From NCBI GenBank assembly GCA_002245135.1, contig NGBS01000872.1, positions 372,001 to 436,000 of the forward strand: a stretch of DNA of 64,000 nt. Reading direction: 5' to 3'. The position numbers and the translations under genes were made by a program. This DNA is from Proteromonas lacertae (lineage: Eukaryota). Every line of letters begins with the position of its first letter. Positions within the stretch are counted from its first letter, which is position 1. Shown here in pieces: positions 40,532-55,715 of this stretch. The notes beneath the pieces were generated by a model that was not told the origin of the DNA, did not search any database, and was given only the letters and a program-made list of their open reading frames with translations.

Positions 40532-43454
40532 ATGTTTGAAGATCAACCATCAGTATTATTGCCGAGAAATGTTATTCCACATCAGTATTTATTTTCCATG
40601 CATTTCATGTAGTTATGATATTGAGTACGACAATATTGATTTGAAAAGATTTACTTTTCATGGCTCTGTATTAGCCACTCTTGATGTGAATGAAATAAGT
40701 GATTTCATAATCTTTCATGCAACTGAACTTGGAATTGAAGTATTTTTATTGTTTATTATTGTTATAGAAAGTAGAAATTACTCAAAGTGGTAAAACAATT
40801 GAAGTAAAATCGTATTTATACATGTATATGTTATATAATGTAGAATGTCGTTTGATTTAAAAGATGAGACTTGTCGTTTACAGTTGAATGATAAGTTAAC
40901 AAAAGGTGAAGCTTCTATTAAATTAGTTTTTAACGGCATTTTAAATGACAAGTTAGCTGGTTTTTACAGAAGTAAATACACAGTAAATGGTGAAGATAGA
41001 TATATGGCAACTACTCAATTTGAACCAACTGATGCAAGACGAGCATTCCCTTGTTGGGATGAACCAACTCTTAAAGCAACATTCCAATTAGCAGTTATTA
41101 CTGAAAAGAAGTATAATACAATTTCAAACATGAATATTATTGAAACACGAACAATTGATGAAAATCATAAATATGTGAAATTTGCTGTTACTCCAATCAT
41201 GTCAACTTATCTTGTAGCACTTGTAGTTGGTGAATTTGATTCAATCACAGGTTATACAAAGAATGGAGTTCAAGTTACTACTTATACATCAGTTGGATGT
41301 GCTGAACAAGGTAAATTCGCAACAGAAGTTGGAATTAAAGCACTTCAATTCTATGATGATTTCTATGGAATTAAATATCCATTACCAAAAGCTGATTTAT
41401 TAGCAATTCCTGATTTTGCTGCTGGTGCAATGGAAAATTGGGGATGTGTTACATTCAGAGTTGTGGATGTGATGGTTGATTTAAATAATACAACAGTTGC
41501 TAGAAAGAAGAGAGTAGCTACAGGTAGTTGCACATGAATTAGCTCATCAAGTATATATATATAATATATGTCTAATTATTACTATTATATTATGTTAGTG
41601 GTTTGGTGATTTAGTAACAATGAAATGGTGGACTCATTTATGGTTGAATGAAGGATTTGCCACTTTTATGGAAACTTTATGTGTTTCAGAGTTATTCCCA
41701 GAATGGGAACATTGGAATGATTTTGCATCGTATTATCTTAAGGATTCATATTTTTCATAGTGATAAACAATCAAGTGGAAAGAGTTTAGATTCGTTAGAA
41801 ACATCTCATCCAGTTCAAGTTCCAGTCAATCGTCCAGAAGAAATCAATGAAATATTTGATAGTATTTCATACTCAAAAGGTTCATCTGTTTTAAGAATGC
41901 TTTTCTGTTATTTAGGAAGAGAATCATTCCAGAAAGGTATTAATTTATATTTGAACAGATTTGCTTATAAGAATGCTGAAACTGATGATTTATGGAAAGC
42001 ATTAGAAGAAGGTTCAGGAAAACCAGTAACTGAGTTTATGAATAAATTCATTACTCAAACAGGATTTCCATTAGTGACAATTACTGAAGAAGGTAGTGAA
42101 TATAAATGCAATCAAAGAAGATTCTTGAGACAAAGAAATGAAGAAGCTGAAAAGTATTTATAATATTCAATATTATTATTTTTTAAATAGAGTTGCATGG
42201 AATATCCCATTAAGAGCAACAATCTATAAAAGTGATAATACAACAGAAGTTGTTGAATTACCATTCTTAAATGAACAAAATCCATCTCAATCTGATGCTT
42301 TTATGAAAGAGTTAAACAGAATCAAGAAATTAGGTGCTGTGAAACTTAATACTGATCAATCAACATTCTGTAGAATCAATTATCCAGCTAAATGGTGGAA
42401 TGAGTTAGGAGAATTATGTGAAAAGAAAGTAATTCCAAGTTTAGATAGAATTGGTTTGATTAGTGATGTATTTGCATTAAGTGGAAGTGGTGATTTGGAA
42501 ATAACAACAGCACTTGATTTTGTTAGTCAGTATATAAATAATTAATTCATTATAATGTTAATAGTTTTGTTAATGAAGATAATGATGGTGTAATTGATGA
42601 AATATCAGCTCATTTAAGTGGAGTATGATTTTTTTTATTTATATTTTAATAGTTATGTTTCTTATATGAAGAACAAGACTTCTATCCTAAATATTTACAA
42701 TATTTACATAGATTATATCGTCCTCACTTTGATAGATTAGGTTGGGATAAAAAAGAAGGTGAAAAGGAAAGTGTCGAAACAATAAGAGCTGATGCTATTG
42801 CTTTATTGATTAAGAGTGAAGATAAAGAAATTATTGATGAAGCAGTTAAAAGATGCAGAGCTTATATTCAAGATCCAGAAGCAAATCCAATACCACCATC
42901 ATTAAGAACAATATTCTTCAGAGCATTTGTTGGTTCAAAAGATGAGAAAGAAGCAACTGAAAATTACAATCAATTAAGAGATTACTTCAAGAGAGTTAAA
43001 GTGCAAGAAGAATTGTTAAGAATTATTGGTTCAATAACAACAGTCAGACACTTCTCATTATTGAATAGAACATTTGAAATGTGTTTTAATGGAGAAGTTA
43101 GAAATCAAGATATTGTGTATTTGTTAAATGGAGGAATGTGTCCAAGAGTATTTTATTATTATTATTATAATTGTTATTATATAGAATGCAATACATATGT
43201 GGAATTATTTTAAAGCTCATTATCAACCAATTGTTGATAAAGTTAAAGCTGGAACAATGATGTTGCCTTCTTTAGTTAATCGTATGACATCTTGTATTAA
43301 AGACATTAACATGATTAAGGATATTGATGAGTTTAGTAAAGGAAGAGATATTTCAGCATATAAAAGAGCTTTAATAAACTCAAAAGAAGCAATAGCTGCA
43401 AGACATGAAAGAATTATGAGAGATGTCTCCTTACTTAAGAATTATAAATTCTAA
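40532..43454 (+). CDS. M1 family (puromycin-sensitive-type) aminopeptidase
   Basis: [51 protein letters not shown] (after removing one extra G at 41523-4), WLNEGFA, ISYSKG. Confidence 0.93.
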
Positions 43455-43567
43455 TTATTATAAACTTTACTTCTTATTGGTATATTTGTTGTGTTAAGAG
43501 CCATATTATGTATATGATGAATAGAATGTATTTTAGCATATAAAAAAACAATATAATCAGAAATAAT

Positions 43568-44372
43568 CTATAATTCTGGAAGACTAATATTAACATTTTT
43601 TACTTCTTGTTTTGTGTCTTGTTTCTTTCTTCTTTTCCTTTCTCCTCTTTCACTCATAGGTCCCTTACGTTTTGGATTTTTCTCTCTTAATTCCATAATT
43701 CTATTCTCTAGTTCTTTGATTTCTTTCTATTAATATTACATATAATTATTATAATATATACAATCTTTTCATTCACCCTAGTCTCCACATAATCTACAAT
43801 CTTTTTGGAATTAATTGCCAATTCAGCACTATCACCATTAAACTTTGCTGCATTTGAACTTATCAATTTAACATCACTTAAAAATGAATCACTATTGTAA
43901 TAATCACATTTCACACAAGATTGATCAATATCATCAATACATTTTGGATGCTCAATGATCGTCTTGTAATTAGGGTATAGATTAGTATCCACAGGTCTAA
44001 TAAATGGAGCAATTAAGACTCTCTGTGATTTTTTTAATTCTGAAATAATATCGCTAAATATTTCATTAAGTTCTTTTCTTGTTTTTGGTTCACTCTTTTC
44101 ATTTCTTGAATAATAACTAATGTTACTTGAAAAATTCTTCTTTGTTTTTTCTTTACTCATTATAAGCTTTGTAGTTTTCTTTGGTTTTCTTGATTTTCTT
44201 GATTGATTGGTTTTACTTTTAAACCTTTTAATATCTTTTTGATTTTTATTAAATTTCACTTCCACTTCACTTAATCCATCTCCTACAAATTTGAATTGAA
44301 ATTCGAACCAACACTTCTTGCTTGAGATATTTCATTTGTAAAAGAACTACTCACAGCACCAACAGAATGCTA

Positions 44373-44403
<31 letters not shown>

Positions 44404-47275
44404 TATATATATATATATATACTTGTGATATAGAAATATTATCATCATTCATGTCATTGTTATTATTATTATCTATCATCTATTACTGTATCATCATCAT
44501 CATTATTGTTACTGGACAAATCCAATATATTCATTATTGCTTTCTGACTATTATCATTAGTATCATCATCATCATCATCATTTAGATCAGGTGGATTCTT
44601 TAATATTTCCAAATAATCATTAAATAATTTCTGTTTTCTACGGTTATATTCATCTTCTCTCTCTACTTTTGTTTCAGTTATTTCACCTCTTTCATCTCTA
44701 ATACATAATAATAATATAAATATAAATATAAATACTTTATCATATTAACTAAATCCCACTTACTTAGTTTTTGTAATTCTATTCTATCATATCTGTTATT
44801 ACTTTCATACAGTTTATCAATTAATTCTGACTTCTTAGCACTTCTATAATTAGTGTCTTCTATTTATATAATATATATATACTCTAAAATATTTATACTA
44901 ATTTGTATGATTTTATCTTTATTTTTAAAACACTTGTAATATCCATAATCAATTGTATCATAAAACATTTCATCTGGAAATCTCCATAAATCCATTGTTT
45001 TATCGATATGTTTCCTTTGTATATGCGATTCTATAAATACAGATGATTGTAATGCATTTGAATGTGAATAAATTGATATTAGTTTCTCAATACCAACTTT
45101 AAACTCAGAAATATCCTTTGAACAATTATTAAATGCTTCAAGGAATAATTTCTTTTGTTCTTCAGAGAGATTCTTTGTTTTTTCTGATATATCACTTTCC
45201 CATTTACATACTGTCTCATATATATTATAATATTGAGTTACTAATAATTAATATATAATATATAATAATATACAATCAATATTTCCTTTAAGATCAATTT
45301 TAGTCTCTTCAAATATTCTATCATGATATCTTTTACTAGCTAAATAAACGCATAAATCTTCAGGAGTTATTCTGCTTCTACAATCTTCTAATGATGGTAA
45401 TGGTTCAATAATTTCATATTCATTTGATGTAATTGGTCTAAATAGATTATGCAGTGGATTATTTGGATCTTGGATTTGTTTTTCAAGATCAGAATTCTTT
45501 GAATCATTTGATAACATTCTTGCTAATCTATCAATCATTAATCTCTTTCCAGCTAAATAACAATAACAATAAATATATATACTGTATTTTCCAGTATATA
45601 ACTCTTTTAATATCTCTAAATAATTATATCTATTTTCAATTGAAGAATATTCTTTTGATTTAGTCACAGGTATGATTTTATGTGGTTCAATTTTACCAGC
45701 TACAAATATTTCAGGCAATTTCCTTATTGTCCCAACCATTTCTCCTTTTGGATTTGGTGTTAAAGTTAATAAAAACAGATTATTAGATCTCTATATTTAT
45801 ATAATAATCAATATACTTCTTTCTGTACAACAGGAACATAATATAATTGTGAACATAATGACATAATTGGATTATTCTTCTCTACATCACCTAAGAATGG
45901 AGATCTTTCTTTATCATGTAATACCCTGGTATAATACTGCTGTTTAACATCCTCAGATGCTAATAAAATATAAATATAAATAAATAATATATATATATAC
46001 GTTCATCTGGATATCTATACCAAATAACTAAATTCATTCTCATTCCTAGTATATTCTTAACTAATTGATAAGGTTCACTATATTCTACTAATATTAATTC
46101 ATTTCTTAATGATGATAAATCCTCTAATTTAGACATACATTGTAATGGAGCATCAGTGAGAAAAGAATTATTGTTTATATACTCCTTAGCATATGTTACC
46201 TCTAATTGCCTTGTTAATTTGTTCTTCAAATAATTAGTAGTAATTTCTATAGGTATGATAAACTGCAATGTAGGTGTAGAATGTATAACTGATTCTATAT
46301 CCGTTACATTTTGACGGTTCATAGATTGTGTATAAGTCATTCTTCTAGGAAATCGATCATCAATTATAGTCGTTTTATTTATTCTATTTTTATGAGAGAA
46401 TATTAAAGATGGATCAGTCTTCGGTAAATACAGTGGTAATGGTTTAAATGGTACAACATCATTCTGTGAGATTAGATCAATGAAACTCTCAGTATTTTCA
46501 TCTCCAATTATCATTCCATTAAGTAAATATGGATTACAAGGTACATCTTTAGCATTTATTTTAACTATTACATTATTATTATTAGTATTATTCAGTTGCT
46601 GTTGAGGATGATGATTCTGTTGTTGTGAATAGAAGAATCTATTATAATCGTTACCATTATCTCCTCCTCCTTCATCATCATCATCTTCTTCTTCTTCTTC
46701 TTCTTCCATTGCATTATTCTTTGGTAAGTCTTGTCTTAGTGATTTTACAAATTCTTTTGCATTATCATCATCACTATCATAAATTATATCATTTTCCCAA
46801 TTTGAGATTTTGTCTGATGGTTGAATTGGTGGTTGTTTTACAGCCTTTTTAAATGCATCAGCATCAGTTTCAACTATTGGAATATTTATTAAATATTTAT
46901 TTAAATACGACTCTTTGTATCTTTCTTAACTAATACTTGAATTGTGACTCTTTCTTTTAAGAATGAAGTTTAATTGATCTTCTCCTCTTCTGAAATTAAT
47001 GTTACTTTTGTTCTTATTCTTTTCTGAATTGTTACCTTCTAAATTCTCTATAAAAGATAGAATATACTCTCTAATGCTTCTTTAATAATATTATTCTCTC
47101 TTTTGATTAATTCTTGATCATTTAAACATTCTAGTTCCTTCAATATTCCTCTCTTTTCTCTAGGTTGAAAATCTTGTGGAGTTTCCTCAATTCTAGTGAA
47201 TGATACATACAATCAATACATAATATTATTTTCTTCTTCCTTATTTTGTCTAACAATCCCAAATAGATTGATCAT
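43568..47275 (-). CDS. TAF1: TFIID subunit TAF1-like with C-terminal bromodomain
   Basis: DLS....LILVEYSE......GM, SPFLG, IR....IFVAG..EP, LPS.E..R..ITPEDLC motifs; bromodomain PFIRPVD...PNY..II.HP...DVKLI.SNA..FNG. Confidence 0.8.
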
Positions 47276-47638
47276 TTTGATATTTTAAATAATGAAGAAA
47301 ATTCCCCCAAAATTTTGGTTATTTTAACAATTTAAAATGATTGTGAATTGATAAATAAGATGTAAAATATGTTTAACGCATTAGCATAATCATTAATAAC
47401 ATGTGAATATTTTGATATAATGGTTTATTTCGTAAAATAAAGCAGAATCAAAACTTCTTCAACTTTGTTTTTTACTTCATATTGTTATGGATTGATAACT
47501 TATGACTCAAGTTTAAAATAATATATGACTTTTGCAAGAGTATATAAATGTTAATCTTCATAAAAAAGTGATCCGTTTCATTATAATTTTTTAAATTTTG
47601 ATTTTTTAATAATTATCAAGTGAAAATATCAGCTATCT

Positions 47639-50204
47639 ATGCCACTTGGAGACTTTGAAAAAATAAGAGAGTTGGGTAAAGGATCTTACGGTAAAGTAAA
47701 TTAGATGTTTTTATAATTGTAATAGGTTTACCTCACAAGGCATAGAAAAGAAAAGAAATACTATGCAATGAAAGTAGTAAACATGGTAAATATGAATGAG
47801 GAAGAGAAGAAGGAATGTATTTATGAGATGGATTTAATGAAGCAGTTATCACATCCAAATATAGTCGCATTTAAAGTATAACATGATATGTATTATATTT
47901 TAGGAAAATTTTATGATAGCCAAAAATACACGTCTTTGTATATGTATGACGTACTGTGATGGTAGTGATCTACAGCATGTAATAGAAAAAGCCAAAAAAA
48001 ACACATCGTACACTGAAAGAAGCAATCATAATGAATTTTTTTGTTCAAATTGTGTTAGGTTTGAATTATATGCATAGCAAACATGTAATTCATCGTGATA
48101 TAAAAGCACAAAATATATTTTTACTAGGCAATGGAAGATTGGTGCTTGGTGATCTAGGTGTTTCAACCACATTAAATGGAACATTAGCAATGGCACGTAC
48201 AGTGATTGGAACACCCTTCTATATGGCACCAGAAATATATAACAATTGTCCATACAACTATGGTGTAGATATATGGGCATTAGGTTGTGTATTATATGAA
48301 ATGATTACTTTACATCATCCATTCAATGGTAATAATATAGCTGCATTAACTCGTAATATATTAAAAGGTACTTATACACCAATATCCTCATTAACAAGAG
48401 GGTATTCACATGATATTGAAAATTTAGTTCACGATCTATTGTTACTCAATCAAGATGAAAGACCTAGTACAGCTCAGATATTATCAATACCATATGTTAA
48501 GCAACACTTGGTGAATTTCTTAACAGATATCCTAAATCGACCATCAGGTGAAATAGGTGAAGGAACAGCAATGATCAAAAATGCTTTCATTGGTGCAGCA
48601 AAAGAGAAAGGAATGGATATAAAGAAAACTATTAATTTACAAGCTTTAGGTAATTATCGATCATATATTAATCAATTAGAAGAGTTGGGTATATTAGAAG
48701 ATGTATTAAAATCAGTATGGAAAAAGAAAGAATTAGAGGATGATGTAAATGAACAAACTCAGAGATTAGCAATACAAGAACAAAAGAAATCAGTGATAGA
48801 AGATGCATTAGAAAGATTAAGACATGAAAAAGAGAATAAAAGAAAAAGAATAGAAGATAGAAAAGTGAAAAGTCCTGTGAGAAGAATATCTACTAAAATG
48901 ATGCCTCCTACACCAGTTGTTCCAAGTTATATATTACCAGCAAATAACAATAGTAATTTAAATAGTTCAATTGAAAAAAGAAAACTTAATAATAAAAACA
49001 AAATGGTGAATAATCCAATATTAGGTAGAATGAATAGCAATAGTGGAGGAATGAATAGAGATAATTCAAATCACAAACCAACATCAAACTCTGGTCATCG
49101 ACCTTCTAGTCATCGATCTGATAGTAATAATGGCAGTAGTGGTGGTAGTGGTGGTAGTAGCAATAGTAGCAATAGTAACAATAATAGTTTAAAGAAGAAT
49201 GATAATAACAAAAGAAGAAAATCAGTAGCTGAACCACCAACTTATACTATGGAATTAGAGAAAATTAGAGTGCAGAATATTGAAGAGAATAAAAAGGCAC
49301 ATGATAAAGTAATAGAACAATATAAATCAAAGGAGGTAAGTACAGCATTAGGAATGGATCAATCTGTATCTAAATTTGTATATTTTTATATTTATATATA
49401 TTATAAATAATGTTATAATTAATAGAATAATTTTCAAATATTACCTCCACCACGTTCATCTCCTTGTCCTTCTCCTCCTACCATTCCATTACAAAGACCT
49501 CAACCAATATCACAACCAAATTCATCAACACCTTCACATAAGAAATTTGAAATAAAATCACCTAAAGGATCAATAAAGAATAGTAATAATAATAATAATC
49601 ATTCTAATGAAGATAATTTTATAGATCCAACTGATGATGATGAACCTGAATGGGCACCTCCAGAGAGTGAAGATGAAGAAGCACCTGATGAATTAGATGA
49701 GAAAGAAAAAGAACTTAGGAAAGAACTGCAATATACATGCCAGAATATGAATGAAATAAAGAAATCAATTGAAGCAATTCAAAGAAAAAATCAAATCATA
49801 AAACATAAAGGTATATTTTGGTTTTATTTCATATATAAATAGTTGAATTAATTGTTATAAATGATAGTGATAGTAGTAGTAGTAGCAGCAGTGATAGTGA
49901 TGATGATGATAGTGGTGGTGGTGATAAGAAAGCAATGAATGCGAGAAAATCAATTGGATCAATAAAAATAAGAAGTGAGACATTAAAAAGTCAAATAATC
50001 AAAGAAATAGGTGAAACTTTATTTAATAATGCTTATAAATACCTGAAAGATGAAACAAATCGAAATGATGGAAATACTCCTTTACTGGAGGTTCCTTATA
50101 TTAAAAGTAACATTCTTTCGTTATTTAAAACCACCGATGAAGATTATGCATTGAAATATGCGAAACAAGTGACTGATTTGATATTTATGGAAATTTTTGG
50201 TTAA
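47639..50204 (+). CDS. NIMA-related (NEK) protein kinase
   Basis: LGKGSYG, YAMK, HPNIV, YCDGSDL, FVQI.LGL.YMH, HRDIKAQN, DLG, GTPFYMAPE, coiled-coil tail; one extra A in run 47994-48001. Confidence 0.9.
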
Positions 50205-50282
50205 TTAATCTCTTTTACATGTAACATTGTTTTATTATATTAAATAAGAATAAATACATTTATTTACGATTAAATAACTTCT

Positions 50283-50770
50283 TCATAAACACCAAGAATT
50301 CCTATACAATAAATCTATTCAATATACAAAAAAGTAACGTCTTACACATGATTTCCAATTCTGTGGACATTCATCTACTGATATTGTATTATCCTATTAT
50401 GTAAACATAAATAATACTAGTATTATAAATAATAACTTCATTAAAAAGTAAATCAAATATGTACCACCTCCAACAACCACCACTAATTCAATTAACATCG
50501 TAATTATATTCCGACTTGTCAAAGGATTCTCAACCATTTCATTTTCTGTGATTACTTCATTTGGAAGATTTTCTATTTCCTTTTTGAAATTTTCTATCTC
50601 AGTCTATAATATAATGAATAAAATCAAACATCGCTATTTTCATTTTGTGTATTTGGCTCATTACCCACATTTCTGTGTATTAATTCATTCTTTCTAGATA
50701 TTCTCATATTCTGTAATTTCTTTGACCTATTTACTAAATCATCTAATGACTCTCCTTTGAATATTGGCAT
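50283..50770 (-). CDS. Small hypothetical membrane protein (not in ORF track)
   Basis: Splices over three mini-introns: MPIFKGESLDDL...MLIELVVVVGGGTYLIYFLMKLLFIIL|DNTISVDECPQNWKSCVR|HLLYRNSWCL*. Confidence 0.65.
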
Positions 50771-50878
50771 TATTGAAAATATAGCCAGTTGTCAAGCTTT
50801 TAAATATTAATTGGCAAATAACTGTTATTTAACGAAAAATAAACGTTTTATTTACTATTTTTTTAAAGCTTTTTTTAA

Positions 50879-52225
<1,347 letters not shown>

Positions 52226-52386
52226 GTAGTTTGATATTCTGCTTATCTTTATCGTTCATCGATAAAACTCATTATATTCCATATACTGATATTGAATTGT
52301 TTGTTTTGTTTTGGTTTTTTATACAATCAAACCTTCGAGTTTTTTATTCATTGATTTTCTTTTTTTGTTTGACATAAAAATCGTTT

Positions 52387-52866
52387 ATGAGTATTGATCC
52401 TGTAAGAAGAGCTGTTAATAAAACAGCATCTAAATTATATGAAATTAATGCACATATTAGGTATAATGAAGTAAATATAGAAATTCTAGACTTTCAACTA
52501 TGGATTCTACTCATTCTGAAGACATTTTGCCTAGAAAGATGTATTCAGATGAATATCTAATTAATAGAGATGAATATTGTGAATGTTTGAGAGAATTATC
52601 AGCTGCTTCGAAAAGAGATGATAGAGAAGTTCCAGTTGATGTAATTGCGTATTTCTAATAATTATATTATTTATAGGACATTAGATGAAGAAGAAAATAA
52701 TAATCCAACAGCAATTACTGTTAATTTGTTGAAGAATACCGAAAAGAATCATCTATTATGCACAGCTAAGCATTATAGTACACAAGTATTTATTTTCTGT
52801 GTTATAATATAGTTATTAAGTGAAGAATTAGACAGTTGTCTGAAAGAATTGCATTTTGATGTATAA
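52387..52866 (+). CDS. MED10: Mediator subunit Med10-like (not in ORF track)
   Basis: Four exons; EVPVDVIATLDEEENNNPTAIT..LL.....N......K follows the Med10 VP.eVi..iD.g.NP..yT...N...gK pattern. Confidence 0.55.
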
Positions 52867-52969
52867 TTATAAATTAATATATAAAATTTACTTGTCATTT
52901 AAATTTATATGAAATTTTGATATTTAAACAAAAAAATACACAAGATTATTTAAAAGAACGAATGAATTG

Positions 52970-53865
52970 TTACTTTGTTGTTTTTCTCTTCTTATTTCCT
53001 TTGTGTTTTATTGATCCATGTGGTCTTTTTCTACCCCTACTTTTATTTCTTGGTTTAAAATCTTCATGAAGATTATCTTGTTTTTGAATCCATTTCTTCA
53101 TTTTACCTTTCTCTTCTTTCTTTCCTGAGTTATCTAATAATTCTTGGAATTCATCAGCACTAGCAAATACAGATGTAGATTTCTTTCCTTTCTTCGAATT
53201 ATTTGGGTTTTCTTCTTCCTCTTCATCATCTAATTCATCTTCTTCTAAATCTTCTTCTCTTTCTTCCTCCAAAAGTTCATTTGCATCAAATCCATCCATT
53301 TCTTTTATTTGATCTTCATCAATCTCATCTTCAAATTCATCATCAAATGCTTCATTTAATCCTTCATCATCATTATCATCATCACTAATATGGAAATCAT
53401 TAATGTTTTCATCATCTAAATCAACTTTTGGATCATTTATCATTTGTCTTTCAACAACTCTCTATTATATATATATAAACAAAACTATAAATACATCAAA
53501 GAAATCATCTTCAGATAATTTCTGTTTTTTCACTGGTTTAACTAATTCACTTCTAGCTTTGAAATATTTATAAAAGAACATATCATCTGGAGCAATCTTT
53601 TCTTCTTTTCTATTCCAAAATTGTGGTGAATTAAGTGGTACTATTTGCATAAACATAGAATTAATAAATATTATACTGCTTTCATATCTGTTCAATTGTT
53701 GTTGCTTGCCTTTCACATGTTCTAAATCCTTTGGCTTTGGCTTCTTGTATACAAATTTATCTAAGAATTGAGAAAATGAATAAGTATTCAATGGATCATT
53801 TTTAACATGAATTCTTTCATTTTCATCAGCTTTTAACAATGTTGAAGCAAATAAACGAACTATTA

Positions 53866-53912
<47 letters not shown>

Positions 53913-55554
53913 CTGATGGATGATAATGTTTTGACAATGGAACTAATTCCCAGAAACATGTCAAATGACTACAACAATATAATGGATTTCTATTATAAGC
54001 ATCATATTTATCAGATCTAATATCAGGTGGTTCTTCAATAGTTGGAACTGATTTTAATGAATCTGGTTGAGTTATAGAATATTGTAAATATGGCTGACTT
54101 CTTATTACTTCTGATACTAAGAATAATGAACAACAAATAAAAGGTGGATTCATATGAAGACAAACTTGTAATAATCTTTTAATGAATGAATACTGTCTAT
54201 AAATTTGAGTATCATTTTTTATAGCTTTATATAGTATTTTGAAGAAAAATGAAACTTTTGAAGCAGTTCTAATGTCATCTTCATATAATTTACTGTATAA
54301 AGCTCTGTAGAATCTATCCATTATACCTTCGTTTACTGTACCAATTTCATAAACCAAACTTAAAGCTTGAAGTGATGGTTTTAATCCTGATTTGTGAATC
54401 ACTTTGAACAAATTATCAAGTTGGTTTTCTAAATTCCTTACAAAATTTTCTAATCAAATATATATTAAACAATATTATATATACCTCCTGTATAAGGTAA
54501 TGCTCGATTAATTCCAGTCAAAATAGCTGATAAATATTTATTTCTCAATGAATCATTACCTTTAAATAACGATATATAAAACAACACCATATCTTCAGCT
54601 AATTTAGAAGTATCTTGAGAAAAAAGAAATTGATTTAAAGTTGTTAACCCATAATATATTCCATTATTATCATTATCATTAGGAATATTAAAGTCTTTCT
54701 TTGGTTTTTTGTCTGATATAAGTGTATCAGTGTTTCTTGAAATCATTTGAGCAACTTCTTTAAAAACAATATCTCTCATTTCACGATGTGATTTTAATAG
54801 ATATGTTAATAAGTAAGATGCTTTTGATGCTGTCTATAATATTCATATAATTACTTTAATTATACTTTTCCATCAGGATCACCAAGTTTATTGACTAATA
54901 TTGACAATAAGAATTGATCTTGTTCTGGTTTATGTGCTAATAAATCTTCGATGATTGCCATTGCATGTCTTCTAAATTGAGGTAATGAATTAGCTGCAAG
55001 CTTTTCTAATGACTGACAAAACTCTAAATAGTTCAATTTCAAATAATGCTCATATCTCCAATATTTGAGATGTTTGCTTGTCATGGCTGGATCTAAAATT
55101 GGTTGATTATCAAAATATTTTAGTTTTCTGTTTGGCAACAAATCATGAATAAATAGATCTTTCAATGCATCAGCTGAAAGTTGTGATTCTCTGTTTCCTT
55201 TCTTTTTTGTCATAGCAATCAATATTCTGAGATTTTCAATTGTGCATAATGGGTTCATTTGCACTAGCACAGTTAGTGCAGCTATTTTATCTGACAATGT
55301 ACCTTTTCCAGCTAAATCCTTCATCCATTTTTCATCTCCTCTACTTTCTTTTCTAAACAATATACAAAAACATATACGTAGATCTTTTATTGAATTTTTC
55401 AACATCTTTTTCAATGAATGTATCAGCCTAAAATGATTAGTTGAAATACAAGTCATACCAAATCTGATTTTTCTGTTATATCTTTACTACTTCCCGTTTT
55501 ATTACTTTCTAAAGGAGTAATTTGCTCATACCAATGCTGTTGCTCAGAATTCAT
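52970..55554 (-). CDS. CEBPZ: Mak21/Noc1/CEBPZ 60S biogenesis factor (CBF domain)
   Basis: GTLSDKIAAL, KPEQ...L..LVNKLGDP, DRFYRALY, HYHPS|V, FLDKFVYKKPK, SVFASADEF. Confidence 0.9.
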
Positions 55555-55715
55555 GACAAATTACAAAATGAATATAACAATACAACCAACATTGGTTAGA
55601 TGTGAATAAAAAACTGTTTCAAAATAAATTTGAGTTTTACGAATTTTCTCTTATATAGCTAGTTCTGATCATTTTAATTTTATACCAAAATATTTTGTGT
55701 ATCCTTTAAGTAATC

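Noticed and set aside
28293..41537. Euplotes-like programmed +1 frameshifting at AAA-TAA/AAA-TGA (28635, 28290, 38086, 39997)
   Set aside because: In the aminopeptidase, shifting at the stop would destroy the HEXXH histidine; the NEK shift is far from any stop; repeat units at 34908 and 35480-35640 show plain indels of both signs. Asn/Asp/Glu-rich coding produces such stops after any insertion.
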